NCBI GenBank assembly: GCA_963725375.1
Contig: CAVRYQ010000110.1
Location: forward strand, 57,836-121,835
DNA: 64,000 bases
Origin: an uncultured Pseudomonadota bacterium
Lineage (GTDB): Bacteria; Pseudomonadota; Gammaproteobacteria; Burkholderiales; Gallionellaceae
Direction: 5' to 3'
Shown piece by piece: positions 9,683 to 20,552 of this stretch. Within the stretch, counting starts at the first letter, position 1; each line of letters starts with the position of its first letter. Both the position numbers and the translations under genes were made by a program. The notes beneath the pieces are model-generated. The model searched no databases. It was not told the DNA's origin and worked only from the letters and a program-made list of their open reading frames with translations.

Positions 9683-10423
9683 ATGCAAGGCAAAACAGTA
9701 TTGGTGACAGGAGGGGCAAAGCGCGTCGGTGCAGCTATCGTACGCCGTTTGCACGCGGCAGGTGCGAATGTCGCAATCCATTACCGCACCTCTTTGCATG
9801 AGGCACAGGCCCTGTGTGCCGAATTGAACGACAAGCGCTCCGATTCGACCTGTGCCGTGCAGGCGGACCTGCTGGATATCTCAGCACTGCCGCGCGTGAT
9901 TGACGAGACGGTCAAACAATTCGGGCATCTGCATGCGCTGGTCAACAACGCGTCCAGCTTTTACCCCACGCCGCTGGACAAATTGACCGAACAGCAATGG
10001 AACGACCTGCTCGGCACTAACCTGAAAGCACCTTTATTTCTGGCGCAGGCCGCCGCAGGCGAGTTGCGCCGCAACCACGGATGCATCGTCAATATCGTCG
10101 ATATCCATGCCGACTTTCCGATGCACGGGCACTTGCTGTATAACGTGGCCAAGGCGGGTCTGGCGGGCCTCACCCGTGCATTGGCGCAGGAACTTGCGCC
10201 GCAGATAAGGGTGAACGGGGTCGCGCCGGGCATCAACCTCTGGCCGGAAAGTGCAGACTGGCAGGACGAAAAACAGCGGCGCAGGCTGGTGGCGCACACC
10301 CTGCTCAAACGCGGAGGCGAGCCGGACGATATCGCCAGGACGGTGCAATTTCTGATCGCCGATGCGCCTTATGTCACGGGCCAGATACTGGCGGTCGACG
10401 GGGGGCGCAGTCTCAACCTTTGA
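9683..10423 (+). CDS. Pteridine reductase (SDR family)
   Basis: [12 protein letters not shown], YxxxK (YNVAK), VDGGRS. Confidence 0.85.
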   Translation: MQGKTVLVTGGAKRVGAAIVRRLHAAGANVAIHYRTSLHEAQALCAELNDKRSDSTCAVQADLLDISALPRVIDETVKQFGHLHALVNNASSFYPTPLDKLTEQQWNDLLGTNLKAPLFLAQAAAGELRRNHGCIVNIVDIHADFPMHGHLLYNVAKAGLAGLTRALAQELAPQIRVNGVAPGINLWPESADWQDEKQRRRLVAHTLLKRGGEPDDIARTVQFLIADAPYVTGQILAVDGGRSLNL

Positions 10424-10430
10424 AAATTAC

Positions 10431-11285
10431 ATGAACGACATCACTAAACCCATCCACTTCGAGCACCATTCCACCAACTTCAATCGCCTGAAGGGACGGC
10501 TGGAGCATATGGTGGGCAAGGCCATCGGCGATTTCAACATGATCGAGGATGGCGACACCGTGATGGTGTGCCTGAGCGGCGGCAAGGATTCCTATACCCT
10601 GCTGGATATCCTGCTTACCTTGCGCAAGCGCGCGCCGATCGACTTCAGGATCGTGGCGATGAACCTCGACCAGAAGCAGCCGGGCTTCCCGGCCGACGTG
10701 TTGCCGAATTACCTGAAAAAGCTGGGTGTGGATTTCCACATCGAGAAGCAGGACACGTATTCCATCGTCAAGGCGAAGATACCAGAAGGCAAAACGACGT
10801 GCTCGCTCTGCTCTCGTTTGCGCCGCGGCATCATCTACAAGGTGGCGGGTGAACTGGGCGCGAACAAGATCGCACTGGGCCACCACCGCGACGACATGGT
10901 GGAGACGCTGTTCCTCAACATGTTCTTCGGCGGCAAACTCAAGGCCATGCCGCCCAAGCTGGTCACCGACAAGGGTGACCATATCGTCATCCGTCCGCTG
11001 GCCTACTGCGCCGAAAAAGATATCGCCCGCTATGCACGAGGCATGGAATTTCCCATCATCCCGTGCAACCTGTGCGGCTCGCAGGAGAACCTGCAACGCC
11101 AGAACATTAAGGAAATGCTTGGGCAGTGGGAACATCAGTATCCGGGACGCACCCAGACTATTTTTACCGCGATGCAGAACATCAAACCTTCACACCTGCT
11201 CGATGCCAGCCTGTACGACTTCAAGGGAATCCAGTTGGGGGCAGCGATGGATGAAGGCGACATTGTCTTCGATCAGGAAACCTGA
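10431..11285 (+). CDS. ttcA: tRNA 2-thiocytidine biosynthesis protein TtcA
   Basis: PP-loop [20 protein letters not shown]. Confidence 0.95.
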   Translation: MNDITKPIHFEHHSTNFNRLKGRLEHMVGKAIGDFNMIEDGDTVMVCLSGGKDSYTLLDILLTLRKRAPIDFRIVAMNLDQKQPGFPADVLPNYLKKLGVDFHIEKQDTYSIVKAKIPEGKTTCSLCSRLRRGIIYKVAGELGANKIALGHHRDDMVETLFLNMFFGGKLKAMPPKLVTDKGDHIVIRPLAYCAEKDIARYARGMEFPIIPCNLCGSQENLQRQNIKEMLGQWEHQYPGRTQTIFTAMQNIKPSHLLDASLYDFKGIQLGAAMDEGDIVFDQET

Positions 11286-11344
11286 CTTAGAATATGCAAC
11301 TTGAAGAACGGGCCTTTCTGCGCAAACCTTGAACTGGAGCAATC

Positions 11345-12643
11345 ATGCATTTCAGGTGGATTCGTATGCTGTGCATCTTGTGCGCCATATTCCTTGCAGG
11401 GTGCACCACCCCGGTCAGTACCAATATCAAACCTTCTGCAGAGCATGTCGCCAAATACAGCGAACTGTCCGACCTTGACGTAGTAGCCACCCTGGAAAAG
11501 AACGTGAACGACGCCAGGAAAGCCAGCATGCCATTCCTGGCGCCGAGTTATTTTCGCGAGGCTTCGCAGATCCTGAGCGAAAGCCAGAGCGCGCTGGGCA
11601 ATCAATCCAGGGACGTACTGGTGAGCAATGCGGCCAAGGGCGATGCCATCCTGGAAAAGGGGCGGGCCGTGATGGCCATCGTGCAGTATCGCTTCGGCAA
11701 GGAACTGGAATACAAAGCGCAACTGGAAGAACACGACGCGCCCAGACTTCTGCCTAGGGAATACGAAAAGGAGATCAGCGATCTTTCCGGCCTGATCGGA
11801 AAAGTGGAGCGCGAACAGCCTGAGAGCATCGACAGGGAAAAAGCAGCTTTGCTCCAGTCGATGGTGGATCTGGTGATCAAGTCCGTCCAGGAAGGCGCAC
11901 TGCATGAAAGCGAGGTCATCAACGCAGACAGCAGGACAAAGAATGCCGACAAACAGGCGCCGGTGACTTATGCCCAGGCGCTGCGCGTGTACCAGGACGC
12001 CAGAAGCCGGATCGCCGCTGCGCCGGATGACCAGGAGCTGGTCCGGCGTCTGGGTGCAGAAGCCACCTTTGCTGCGCGCCACGCGCAACAAGTCAATGAA
12101 CGCGTAGCCTTGTTGCAGGTTCAGTTGAAGATTGGCGCGGCCGGCATTGCTTCGATGGGCACCGCGCTGAGCGACGGCGATCAGGAAAACGTGCAACCCG
12201 ATGGCAAGGCGTCAGGCACGGAGCGGGTTACCGTTGAAAAGATCGTGCTGCAGGAAGAGGATAGGCTGCGAAACATTTCTTCTGCGTTGAAACTCGGGGA
12301 CCTGCGCGACTTGCCAATGGAAAAACAGGTGGAGGAAATCAAGCGCGCCGCTGCCGACGCCGTGAACCAGCCGAATGGCGCGGCGGCAATCCGGGATTAC
12401 GAAGAACGGCTGAAAGCCGCCAATAACGGAATACAGCAGGGCGTGGCCGAACTGGAGCAGAAAGACCGGCAATTGGCAGAGAAAGATGATCAGTTGTCCA
12501 GGAGAGACCGGCAATTGGCTGAGAGAGATGATCAGTTGTCCAGAAGAGACCAGCAATTGGCAGACCAGAACAAACAGATGACCGAGAAAGACGCGCAGAT
12601 CAAAATGCTGAAGAAGAAGCTGCAAGCCATGAAACTGCTGTGA
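11345..12643 (+). CDS. Predicted helical/coiled-coil lipoprotein
   Basis: Lipobox FLAG-C; Ala/Glu/Gln-rich; C-terminal heptad repeats. Confidence 0.75.
   Translation: MHFRWIRMLCILCAIFLAGCTTPVSTNIKPSAEHVAKYSELSDLDVVATLEKNVNDARKASMPFLAPSYFREASQILSESQSALGNQSRDVLVSNAAKGDAILEKGRAVMAIVQYRFGKELEYKAQLEEHDAPRLLPREYEKEISDLSGLIGKVEREQPESIDREKAALLQSMVDLVIKSVQEGALHESEVINADSRTKNADKQAPVTYAQALRVYQDARSRIAAAPDDQELVRRLGAEATFAARHAQQVNERVALLQVQLKIGAAGIASMGTALSDGDQENVQPDGKASGTERVTVEKIVLQEEDRLRNISSALKLGDLRDLPMEKQVEEIKRAAADAVNQPNGAAAIRDYEERLKAANNGIQQGVAELEQKDRQLAEKDDQLSRRDRQLAERDDQLSRRDQQLADQNKQMTEKDAQIKMLKKKLQAMKLL
12461..12565 (+). repeat. Coding tandem repeat (42-bp unit, ~2.5 copies; 21-bp sub-unit)
   Basis: A(A/G)AGACCGGCAATTGGC.GAGA.AGATGATCAGTTGTCCAG. 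repeated, encoding KDRQLAE-KDDQLSR-RDRQLAE-RDDQLSR-RDQQLAD. Confidence 0.85.
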
Positions 12644-12698
12644 ATCCCTGCATGCCGTCACGCTGCAAAACCGGAAAAACGAACAGGTTGAGGAACAA

Positions 12699-13259
12699 TC
12701 AGGATTGTGCCAGGTTCACCGCAACCTTGAAGATCACTTTGCGGATATCTCCACTCTGACGCGGTGGGGCGGAGCCCTCCGGCGCGGGAGGAATGGCTTG
12801 GCGGTTGCTCTCGCGATCGGCTGGCTTCGCCGGTAACCCGTCGCAACTGTCTTTGCGGACCAGTGGTGCATGAGCATCCTCCGGGAAGAAGATGCAGAAA
12901 TGATCCGGCGGCACAGCGATCCACGACACTGCTGCATCGTGGAAGAAACGGATGTCCCTCTCCATGCTGTGCTCGCTCACCGGATTATGGCAATCGGCCA
13001 GCGGCTTCCATCCCATCTCCTCTGCCCCGTCCAGTACCAACTGGATGTCGATGTAATGGCGGTGCGCCTCCAGCTTTGCCATCTCGCGTGTCTTGCCCGG
13101 CAGGTGTTCGACGATGGCAACTAGGTCCTCGCCAAGAATGGGATACCGCCCCGGCGCGAGATTGAACAGGTCGGTGTTGCGCATGTAGTCGAAGGCACAG
13201 GGAAACAGGGGATGTAGCGCAGCGTAGCGGTCAGACTGGGAAAGGGCAGAGAAGATCAT
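12699..13259 (-). CDS. YhcH/YjgK/YiaL family protein carrying a ~33-34 aa in-frame insertion
   Basis: EAHRHYIDIQ, FFPEDAHAP, IRKVIFKV motifs; extra Pro/Ala/Arg-rich segment between PLV and SGDIRK. Confidence 0.85.
   Translation of the reverse strand: MIFSALSQSDRYAALHPLFPCAFDYMRNTDLFNLAPGRYPILGEDLVAIVEHLPGKTREMAKLEAHRHYIDIQLVLDGAEEMGWKPLADCHNPVSEHSMERDIRFFHDAAVSWIAVPPDHFCIFFPEDAHAPLVRKDSCDGLPAKPADRESNRQAIPPAPEGSAPPRQSGDIRKVIFKVAVNLAQS
12756..12857. mobile_element. Miniature multi-hairpin palindromic element inserted in frame in the yhcH-like gene
   Basis: Hairpins GGGC-GGA-GCCC and CTGGC-TTC-GCCGG; length a multiple of 3; nearby 9-bp direct repeat CTTTGCGGA (12737-12745 and 12851-12859). Confidence 0.55.
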
Positions 13260-13280
13260 GGCTGGATTCCTTGTGTCGGC

Positions 13281-14627
13281 TTAGATGAAACGTGCCACCA
13301 TTCCTTTTTCCAGATTCCCGTTTAACGGTATCTGCACGCGATGCCCGCTGCCGGGAGCCGTGGTGACAGCTTCGCCCTCAGGCGTTTTCATCTCCTTCAG
13401 CTCAATGATGCTGTTTCCCGAAGGATGAATGATCTCAAGTCTGTCGCCGACCTGGAACTTGTTCTTCACGTCGATCTCGGCCATGCCGTTCGCGCATGCC
13501 ACGATGTCGCCGACATATTGCTGGCGGAAACTTTCGGAGTGGCCGCGCAGGTAGTTCTGCTGCTCATGGGTGTGGTGGCGCTCGTAGAAGCCGTCGGTAT
13601 AGCCCCGGCTGGCGAGCGCGTCCAGCGCGCCCAGCAGTTCCAGGTTGAACGGTCGCCCCTTGATTGCATCGTCTAGGGCTTGCCGGTAGACCTGCGCCGT
13701 GCGCGCCACGTAGTAGATGGACTTGGTGCGTCCCTCCACCTTGAGCGAATCGATGCCGATCCGGACCAGCCGTTCGACGTGCTCCACTGCGCGCAGGTCC
13801 TTCGAATTCATGATGTACGTGCCGTGCTCGTCTTCCAGCACCGGCATCAGTTCGCCCGGATGATCCTTGCGCGAAATGACATAGACCTTGTCGGCCAGCG
13901 GATGGCGCGGCTGCGAGCCGCAGTCGGACAGGGGGCTTGCGTTCAGCGTCTGGTCAAAATCGAAGTCGATTTTCCGGATGTCGCCGGTACCGTCTTCGAT
14001 GGCACTGTCAACTTTGTAATCCCAGCGGCAGGAGTTGGTGCAGGTGCCCTGGTTTGCGTCGCGGTGATTGAAATAGCCGGAAAGCAGGCAGCGTCCGGAA
14101 TAGGCGATGCACAGCGCGCCGTGTATGAATACTTCAAGTTCGATGTCCGGGCATTGCTGGCGAATTTCCTCGATCTCGTCCAGCGACAGTTCGCGCGACA
14201 GAATCACGCGCGACAGGCCGAGCGATTTCCAGAATTTCACCGCGGCATAGTTGACGGTATTGGCCTGCACGGACAGGTGGACAGGCATCTCCGGCCAGCG
14301 CTCGCGCACCATCGCGATCAGTCCGGGATCGGCCATGATCAGCGCATCCGGCTGCATCTCGATCACCGGCTGCATGTCCGCCATGTAGGTCTTCACCTTG
14401 GCATTGTGCGGCATCAGGTTGCTGGCGACGAACAGTTTCCTGCCCAGCGCACGGGCTTCGCGGATACCGATGCCGAGTTCTTCCAGCTTGAATTCGTTGT
14501 TGCGCGCACGCAGGGAATATCGAGGCTGCCCTGCGTACACCGCGTCCGCGCCGAAGGCGTAGGCGGCGCGCATCTTGTCGAGCGTGCCGGCGGGCAACAG
14601 CAGTTCGGGTGCGCGCAAAGTAGTCAT
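13281..14627 (-). CDS. trhP: U32 peptidase family, tRNA hydroxylation protein TrhP (YegQ)
   Basis: PELLLPAG, GADAVYAGQPRYSLR, HGALCIAYSGRC, CTNSCRW, SLKVEGR. Confidence 0.85.
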   Translation of the reverse strand: MTTLRAPELLLPAGTLDKMRAAYAFGADAVYAGQPRYSLRARNNEFKLEELGIGIREARALGRKLFVASNLMPHNAKVKTYMADMQPVIEMQPDALIMADPGLIAMVRERWPEMPVHLSVQANTVNYAAVKFWKSLGLSRVILSRELSLDEIEEIRQQCPDIELEVFIHGALCIAYSGRCLLSGYFNHRDANQGTCTNSCRWDYKVDSAIEDGTGDIRKIDFDFDQTLNASPLSDCGSQPRHPLADKVYVISRKDHPGELMPVLEDEHGTYIMNSKDLRAVEHVERLVRIGIDSLKVEGRTKSIYYVARTAQVYRQALDDAIKGRPFNLELLGALDALASRGYTDGFYERHHTHEQQNYLRGHSESFRQQYVGDIVACANGMAEIDVKNKFQVGDRLEIIHPSGNSIIELKEMKTPEGEAVTTAPGSGHRVQIPLNGNLEKGMVARFI

Positions 14628-15466
14628 CGGTAGCCCAGGCGCTTCAGGATATCCAGCGAGGCGTCAGCCTGGTTCAGCGTGTAGAAATGCAGCGCGGGTG
14701 CGCCGCCCGCAATGAGTTTTTCGCATAGCTGCGTGACGATATCCAGCCCGAAATTCCGCACCGACTCCACATCGTCGCCGTAACCTTCCATCGTCTTGCG
14801 CATCCAGCGCGGTATCTCAGCTCCGCACGCATCGGAGAAGCGCGCCAGTTGCGAGAAGCGGGTGATTGGCATGATGCCCGGCACAATCGGTGCCGTGACG
14901 CCCAGCTTGCGGCATTCGTCAACAAAGCGGAAATAGCCATCGGCATTGTAAAAGTATTGCGTGATGGCCGAATTCGCACCAGCATTCATCTTGCGCTTGA
15001 AGTTGAGCATGTCTTCGCGTGCCGAGTTGGCTTGCGGATGGAACTCGGGGTAAGCGGCGACCTCGATATGGAAATGCTCGCCGGTCTGCGCGCGGATGAA
15101 CGATACCAGCTCGTTGGCGTACTGAAACTCGCCGATGCTCGCCATGCCGGAAGGCAGGTCGCCGCGCAACGCGACGATGCGCCTGATGCCCATATCCTTG
15201 TATGCGAACAGCAGGGCGCGGACGTTGTCGCGAGTTGAGCCGACACAGGACAGATGCGGGGTTGCGTTGTGGCCTTCGGCATATATCTGCCTGATCGTTT
15301 CCATGGTGCGGTCTTGCGTGGAGCCGCCCGCGCCGAAAGTGACGGAAAAGAATTCCGGCTTCATTGCCGCGAGGCGTTGGCGTGCGGTGGTCAGCTTTGC
15401 GGTGCCTTCAGGCGTTTGTGGAGGAAAAAATTCAAAACTGATCGGCGTTTTAGTGATGTTGTCCAT
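14624..15466 (-). CDS. metF: 5,10-methylenetetrahydrofolate reductase
   Basis: SFEFFPP, SVTFGAGGS, LRGDLP, AYPEFHP, LHFYTLN. Confidence 0.95.
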   Translation of the reverse strand: MDNITKTPISFEFFPPQTPEGTAKLTTARQRLAAMKPEFFSVTFGAGGSTQDRTMETIRQIYAEGHNATPHLSCVGSTRDNVRALLFAYKDMGIRRIVALRGDLPSGMASIGEFQYANELVSFIRAQTGEHFHIEVAAYPEFHPQANSAREDMLNFKRKMNAGANSAITQYFYNADGYFRFVDECRKLGVTAPIVPGIMPITRFSQLARFSDACGAEIPRWMRKTMEGYGDDVESVRNFGLDIVTQLCEKLIAGGAPALHFYTLNQADASLDILKRLGYR

Positions 15467-15824
15467 TTTCTCTCGCAAGCAGTTGTGCGGCGGCTGAACT
15501 CAGCGCCCAGGAAAAGATGCTGTACAGGACCGCGCCGATTACGCCCGCCCAGAAGTTGTCAACCATGAAGCCGCGCAGGATGGAGCCCGCGAACCAGAAC
15601 ATCAGCCCGTTGACGACAAAAATGAACAGGCCAAGCGTGAGCAGGGTGACCGGTAAGGTCAATACCAGGAAGATCGGGCGGATCAGCGTGTTGACGAGAC
15701 CGAGGATAAAGGCGGCAATGAACGCTTCCCTGAATCCGTCGACGTGGATGCCCGGCACGAAGTTCGCCACCGCCACCAGCGCGAGGGCGTTCAAGGTCCA
15801 TATCAAGAGTAGCCGTAACAGCAT
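15450..15824 (-). CDS. Four-TM membrane protein, YvlD/DUF360 (phage holin_4_2-like) family
   Basis: LGLVNTLIRP..LTLPVTLLTLGLF..VVNG signature; common position between ahcY and metF. Confidence 0.85.
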   Translation of the reverse strand: MLLRLLLIWTLNALALVAVANFVPGIHVDGFREAFIAAFILGLVNTLIRPIFLVLTLPVTLLTLGLFIFVVNGLMFWFAGSILRGFMVDNFWAGVIGAVLYSIFSWALSSAAAQLLARENGQHH

Positions 15825-15895
15825 ATTTCCATTCTTCAAGTTAAGAGGGGCGAACCTGACGTCCGCCCCCGACTATCATACCCGCAACAGGCAGG

Positions 15896-17308
<1,413 letters not shown>

Positions 17309-17339
17309 GAATTGCTCCATTCATCTGAAAAGTTAATGA

Positions 17340-17426
17340 ATGGGTGCAGTTGCTTCAGGTGAGCCACGTACTCCGAGCCTGACGGGGGACTGGTTGTCCA
17401 GACCCGCTGCAGCACCCCTCGGAGGG
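17340..17426 (-). promoter_or_regulatory. SAH riboswitch
   Basis: Minus strand CTCCGAGGGGTGCTGCAGCGGG...CCCGTCAGGCTCGGAG...CAACTGCACCC: P1 stem plus pseudoknot GGGTGC/GCACCC, directly upstream of ahcY. Confidence 0.9.
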
Positions 17427-17439
17427 TGGGTGATACGAA

Positions 17440-17484
17440 TTACAGTCCGGCGTCGGCTTTCAATGCAGCAGCCTTGTCCGTTCT
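17440..17484 (-). repeat. Displaced second copy of the metK 3' end
   Basis: Reads RTDKAAALKADAGL-TAA, versus the functional metK end [17 protein letters not shown], with many synonymous differences. Confidence 0.85.
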
Positions 17485-17571
17485 TTGGCTTCGGCCGGTG
17501 CTTCGCACCTTAACATCGCAGCGATGTCAGCCTTCGCCGAAACGCTGACAAACCCCTGCGGGGTGACGGGC
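17485..17571. mobile_element. 87-bp multi-hairpin element between the two metK 3' ends
   Basis: Minus strand hairpins ACCCC-GCA-GGGGT, GTCAGC..GCTGAC, ACATCGC-T-GCGATGT, GGTGC-GAA-GCACC. Confidence 0.55.
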
Positions 17572-18735
17572 TTACAGCCCTGCATCCGCGCGGAGCGCGG
17601 CTGCTTTGTCAGTGTTTTCCCACTTGAACTCCGGTTCCTCGCGACCGAAGTGGCCGTAGGCGGCCGTCTTCTGGTAAATCGGGCGCAGCAGGTCGAGCAT
17701 CAGCACGATGCCCTTGGGACGCAGGTCGAAATGGCGCTTGACCAGTTCGGTGATTTTTTCGTCGGATATCTTGCCCGTGCCGTAAGTGGTGACCATGATG
17801 CTGGTGGGCTGTGCCACGCCGATGGCGTAGCTGATCTGTACCAGGCATTTGTCCGCCAGGCCGGCGGCAACGATGTTCTTTGCTACATAACGGCCGGCAT
17901 AGGCCGCGGAGCGGTCAACCTTCGACGGGTCCTTACCCGAAAATGCGCCGCCGCCGTGCGGGGCCGCGCCGCCGTAGGTGTCGACAATGATCTTGCGTCC
18001 GGTCAGGCCGGCATCGCCGTGCGGTCCGCCGATGACAAAACGTCCGGTCGGGTTCACCAAGTATTTAATGTCGCCCTTGATGAGTTCCTTGGGCAATACG
18101 GGCTTGATGACCTCTTCAATAACTGCTTCGCGAATCTGCTCCAGCGTCATTTCGGGCGAATGCTGGGTGGACAGCACCACGGTGTCTATGCTGAAAGGCT
18201 TGTCATCCGCATACTTGATGGTGACTTGCGATTTCGCATCCGGGCGTAGCCATGGCAGGCGACCGTCACGACGCATCTGTGCTTGGCGTTCAACCAGGCG
18301 GTGCGACAGATAGATGGGCAGCGGCATCAAGGTGTCGGTCTCGCGGCAGGCATAACCGAACATCAGGCCCTGGTCGCCCGCGCCTTGGTCCAGCGTGTCG
18401 TCGTAGGCCTTGTCCACGCCCTGCGCGATGTCCGGGCTTTGCGTGCCGTAGCAGATATGAACCGAACAACCGTCGGCATCAAAGCGCAAGCCGGGATCGT
18501 CATAGCCGATGCGGCGTATCGTTTCGCGCGCGACTTTGGCGAAATTCACCTGCGCACTGGTGGTGATTTCGCCCGCAAGCACGACCAATCCCGTGGTGAC
18601 CAAAGTCTCGGCGGCGATGCGTGAATGTTTGTCCTGCGCTAGAATCGCGTCCACGATGGCATCGGAAATCTGGTCTGCTACCTTGTCCGGATGGCCCTCG
18701 GACACGGATTCGGATGTGAAGAAGTATTCGCTCAT
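17572..18735 (-). CDS. metK: S-adenosylmethionine synthetase
   Basis: [35 protein letters not shown]. Confidence 0.98.
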   Translation of the reverse strand: MSEYFFTSESVSEGHPDKVADQISDAIVDAILAQDKHSRIAAETLVTTGLVVLAGEITTSAQVNFAKVARETIRRIGYDDPGLRFDADGCSVHICYGTQSPDIAQGVDKAYDDTLDQGAGDQGLMFGYACRETDTLMPLPIYLSHRLVERQAQMRRDGRLPWLRPDAKSQVTIKYADDKPFSIDTVVLSTQHSPEMTLEQIREAVIEEVIKPVLPKELIKGDIKYLVNPTGRFVIGGPHGDAGLTGRKIIVDTYGGAAPHGGGAFSGKDPSKVDRSAAYAGRYVAKNIVAAGLADKCLVQISYAIGVAQPTSIMVTTYGTGKISDEKITELVKRHFDLRPKGIVLMLDLLRPIYQKTAAYGHFGREEPEFKWENTDKAAALRADAGL

Positions 18736-18819
18736 GGCTCTCCGATTGCTGATTCAATATTTAGTGGGCGCGCAGTATACCAAATCCCCGCCTTGTTCGA
18801 ATTAATGGATTTTTCTTGA

Positions 18820-19680
18820 ATGGTTATTCTGTTTGATGTATTAGCGCGCCTGCCCTTGTCGGTACTGCACCGGATCGGCGCGCTGCTGGGCTGGGTGACT
18901 TATCTGTCCTCGGGGCGTTATGCAGCGCGTTTGCGTGAAAACCTGCGGCATGCGGACGTCGCGCATTCGGAAGGCGAGTTCCGCAAATTGTTGCGGGCCA
19001 ACGTGCAGGAAGCGGGCAAGGGCGTGATGGAACTGCCCTGGGTGTGGCGTCGTCCGCTGGAAAAAGTGCTCACCGGCGTCACGCAATGCGAAGGATGGGA
19101 ACACGTCGAAGCGGCGTATGCACAGGGCAAGGGCGTGATCGCCCTGACACCGCATCTCGGCTGCTTCGAAATCATCAGCCTGTTCATCGCCTCGCGCCTG
19201 CCGATCACCACCATGTATCGCCCGCCGCGCTGGGCATTCCTGGACAAGCTCATGCACGATGGCCGCGCGCGCGGCCAGACAAAACTCGCGCCGACCGATC
19301 TCGGGGGCGTGCGCCAGATGCTCAAGACACTCAAGCAGGGCGGCATCATTGGCGTGCTGCCGGACCAGGTGCCGGGCAATGGCGAAGGCGAGTGGGTGCC
19401 GTTTTTCGGGCGCCCTGCCTATACCATGACGCTGATCGCGCGGCTCATCCGGTCCAGCGGCGCAGCGGTAGTGATGTGCAACAGCGAACGTCTGCCGCAT
19501 GGCAAAGGCTATGCCCTGCATTTCGTGCCCCTGGCTATTGATACAACCCTTTCCATTCCGGGACAGATCAACGCCGCGCTGGAAAAGGTGATACGCACGT
19601 ACCCGGAGCAATACCTGTGGAGTTACAACCGTTACAAGGTTCCGCGTGGCGCGCTGCCGCCGGAAGCGGGCGGAGACTGA
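18820..19680 (+). CDS. Lipid A biosynthesis acyltransferase family (LpxL/HtrB-like)
   Basis: HxGxxE (HLGCFE), LPDQ, PFFG, QYLWSYNRYK. Confidence 0.85.
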   Translation: MVILFDVLARLPLSVLHRIGALLGWVTYLSSGRYAARLRENLRHADVAHSEGEFRKLLRANVQEAGKGVMELPWVWRRPLEKVLTGVTQCEGWEHVEAAYAQGKGVIALTPHLGCFEIISLFIASRLPITTMYRPPRWAFLDKLMHDGRARGQTKLAPTDLGGVRQMLKTLKQGGIIGVLPDQVPGNGEGEWVPFFGRPAYTMTLIARLIRSSGAAVVMCNSERLPHGKGYALHFVPLAIDTTLSIPGQINAALEKVIRTYPEQYLWSYNRYKVPRGALPPEAGGD

Positions 19681-19682
19681 CG

Positions 19683-20552
19683 ATGGTGACGCGCCTTGGA
19701 GTTTTCGGATTCTGGCTGATTCATTTTTTGCCTTTCCGCGTGATCGTCGCCATCGGCAACGGGCTCGGGATATTGCTCTACCCTTTCGCCGGCGAACGCC
19801 GCCGCGTCGGCATGATCAACCTGAAGCTGTGCTTTCCCGAAATGAGCGATGCGGCACGCAAGAAGCTCGTGCACGAACACTTCAAGATGTTTTGCCGCAG
19901 CCTGGTCGAGCGAAGCGTCCTGTGGTGGGGCAGCGCAGAGCGCATCAACGGGCTGATCCGCATTGAGGGGCTTGAACATTTCGATGCGATCAAGGGCAAG
20001 CCGACGATCTTCCTGGCGCCGCATTTCGTGGGGATGGATACGGCCGGGCAATGGATCGCGCAGCGCATCGACTCGGTCAGCATGTACGCAAGGCAGAAGA
20101 ACCAGTACCTGACCGACCTGCTGCTGGAAAAACGCGCCAGGTTCGGCAAGCAGGGACTTTATTCGCGCCAGCAAGGGCTGCGTCCGATCATCAAGGCCAT
20201 CCGCGAATGCAAGCCGTTCTTCTATTTGCCGGATCAGGACCAGGGCATCAAGGACGGGGCCTTCGTTCCTTTCTTCGGCGTGCCTGCCGCGACCATGACC
20301 TCGGTGTCGCGCATCGCTCAGATGACCGGGGCGAAAGTGGTGCCCGCCATCGTGCGCGTGTTGCCGGGTGCAGCGGGGTACGTGCTGACTTTCTATCCCG
20401 CGTGGGACGATTTCCCCAGCGGCGACGACGTCGCCGATGCGCGCCGCATGAACGCTTTCATCGAAGACCGGGTGTGTGAGATGCCGGAACAATATTTCTG
20501 GCTGCACAAGCGCTTCAAGACGCGCCCCGAAGGCGAGGAAAGGTTTTACTGA
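19683..20552 (+). CDS. Lipid A biosynthesis acyltransferase (LpxL/HtrB-like)
   Basis: [31 protein letters not shown]. Confidence 0.9.
   Translation: MVTRLGVFGFWLIHFLPFRVIVAIGNGLGILLYPFAGERRRVGMINLKLCFPEMSDAARKKLVHEHFKMFCRSLVERSVLWWGSAERINGLIRIEGLEHFDAIKGKPTIFLAPHFVGMDTAGQWIAQRIDSVSMYARQKNQYLTDLLLEKRARFGKQGLYSRQQGLRPIIKAIRECKPFFYLPDQDQGIKDGAFVPFFGVPAATMTSVSRIAQMTGAKVVPAIVRVLPGAAGYVLTFYPAWDDFPSGDDVADARRMNAFIEDRVCEMPEQYFWLHKRFKTRPEGEERFY

Noticed and set aside
12461-12565. Repeats as a CRISPR array
   Set aside because: Contiguous in-frame coding repeats with no unique spacers and no cas genes.
15450-15824. Holin-family gene as a sign of a prophage
   Set aside because: Ordinary chromosomal membrane protein in the ahcY-metF operon; no phage genes nearby.
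17485-17571. Integron attC site
   Set aside because: No RYYYAAC/GTTRRRY core pair bounding a single long hairpin, and no integrase or cassette.
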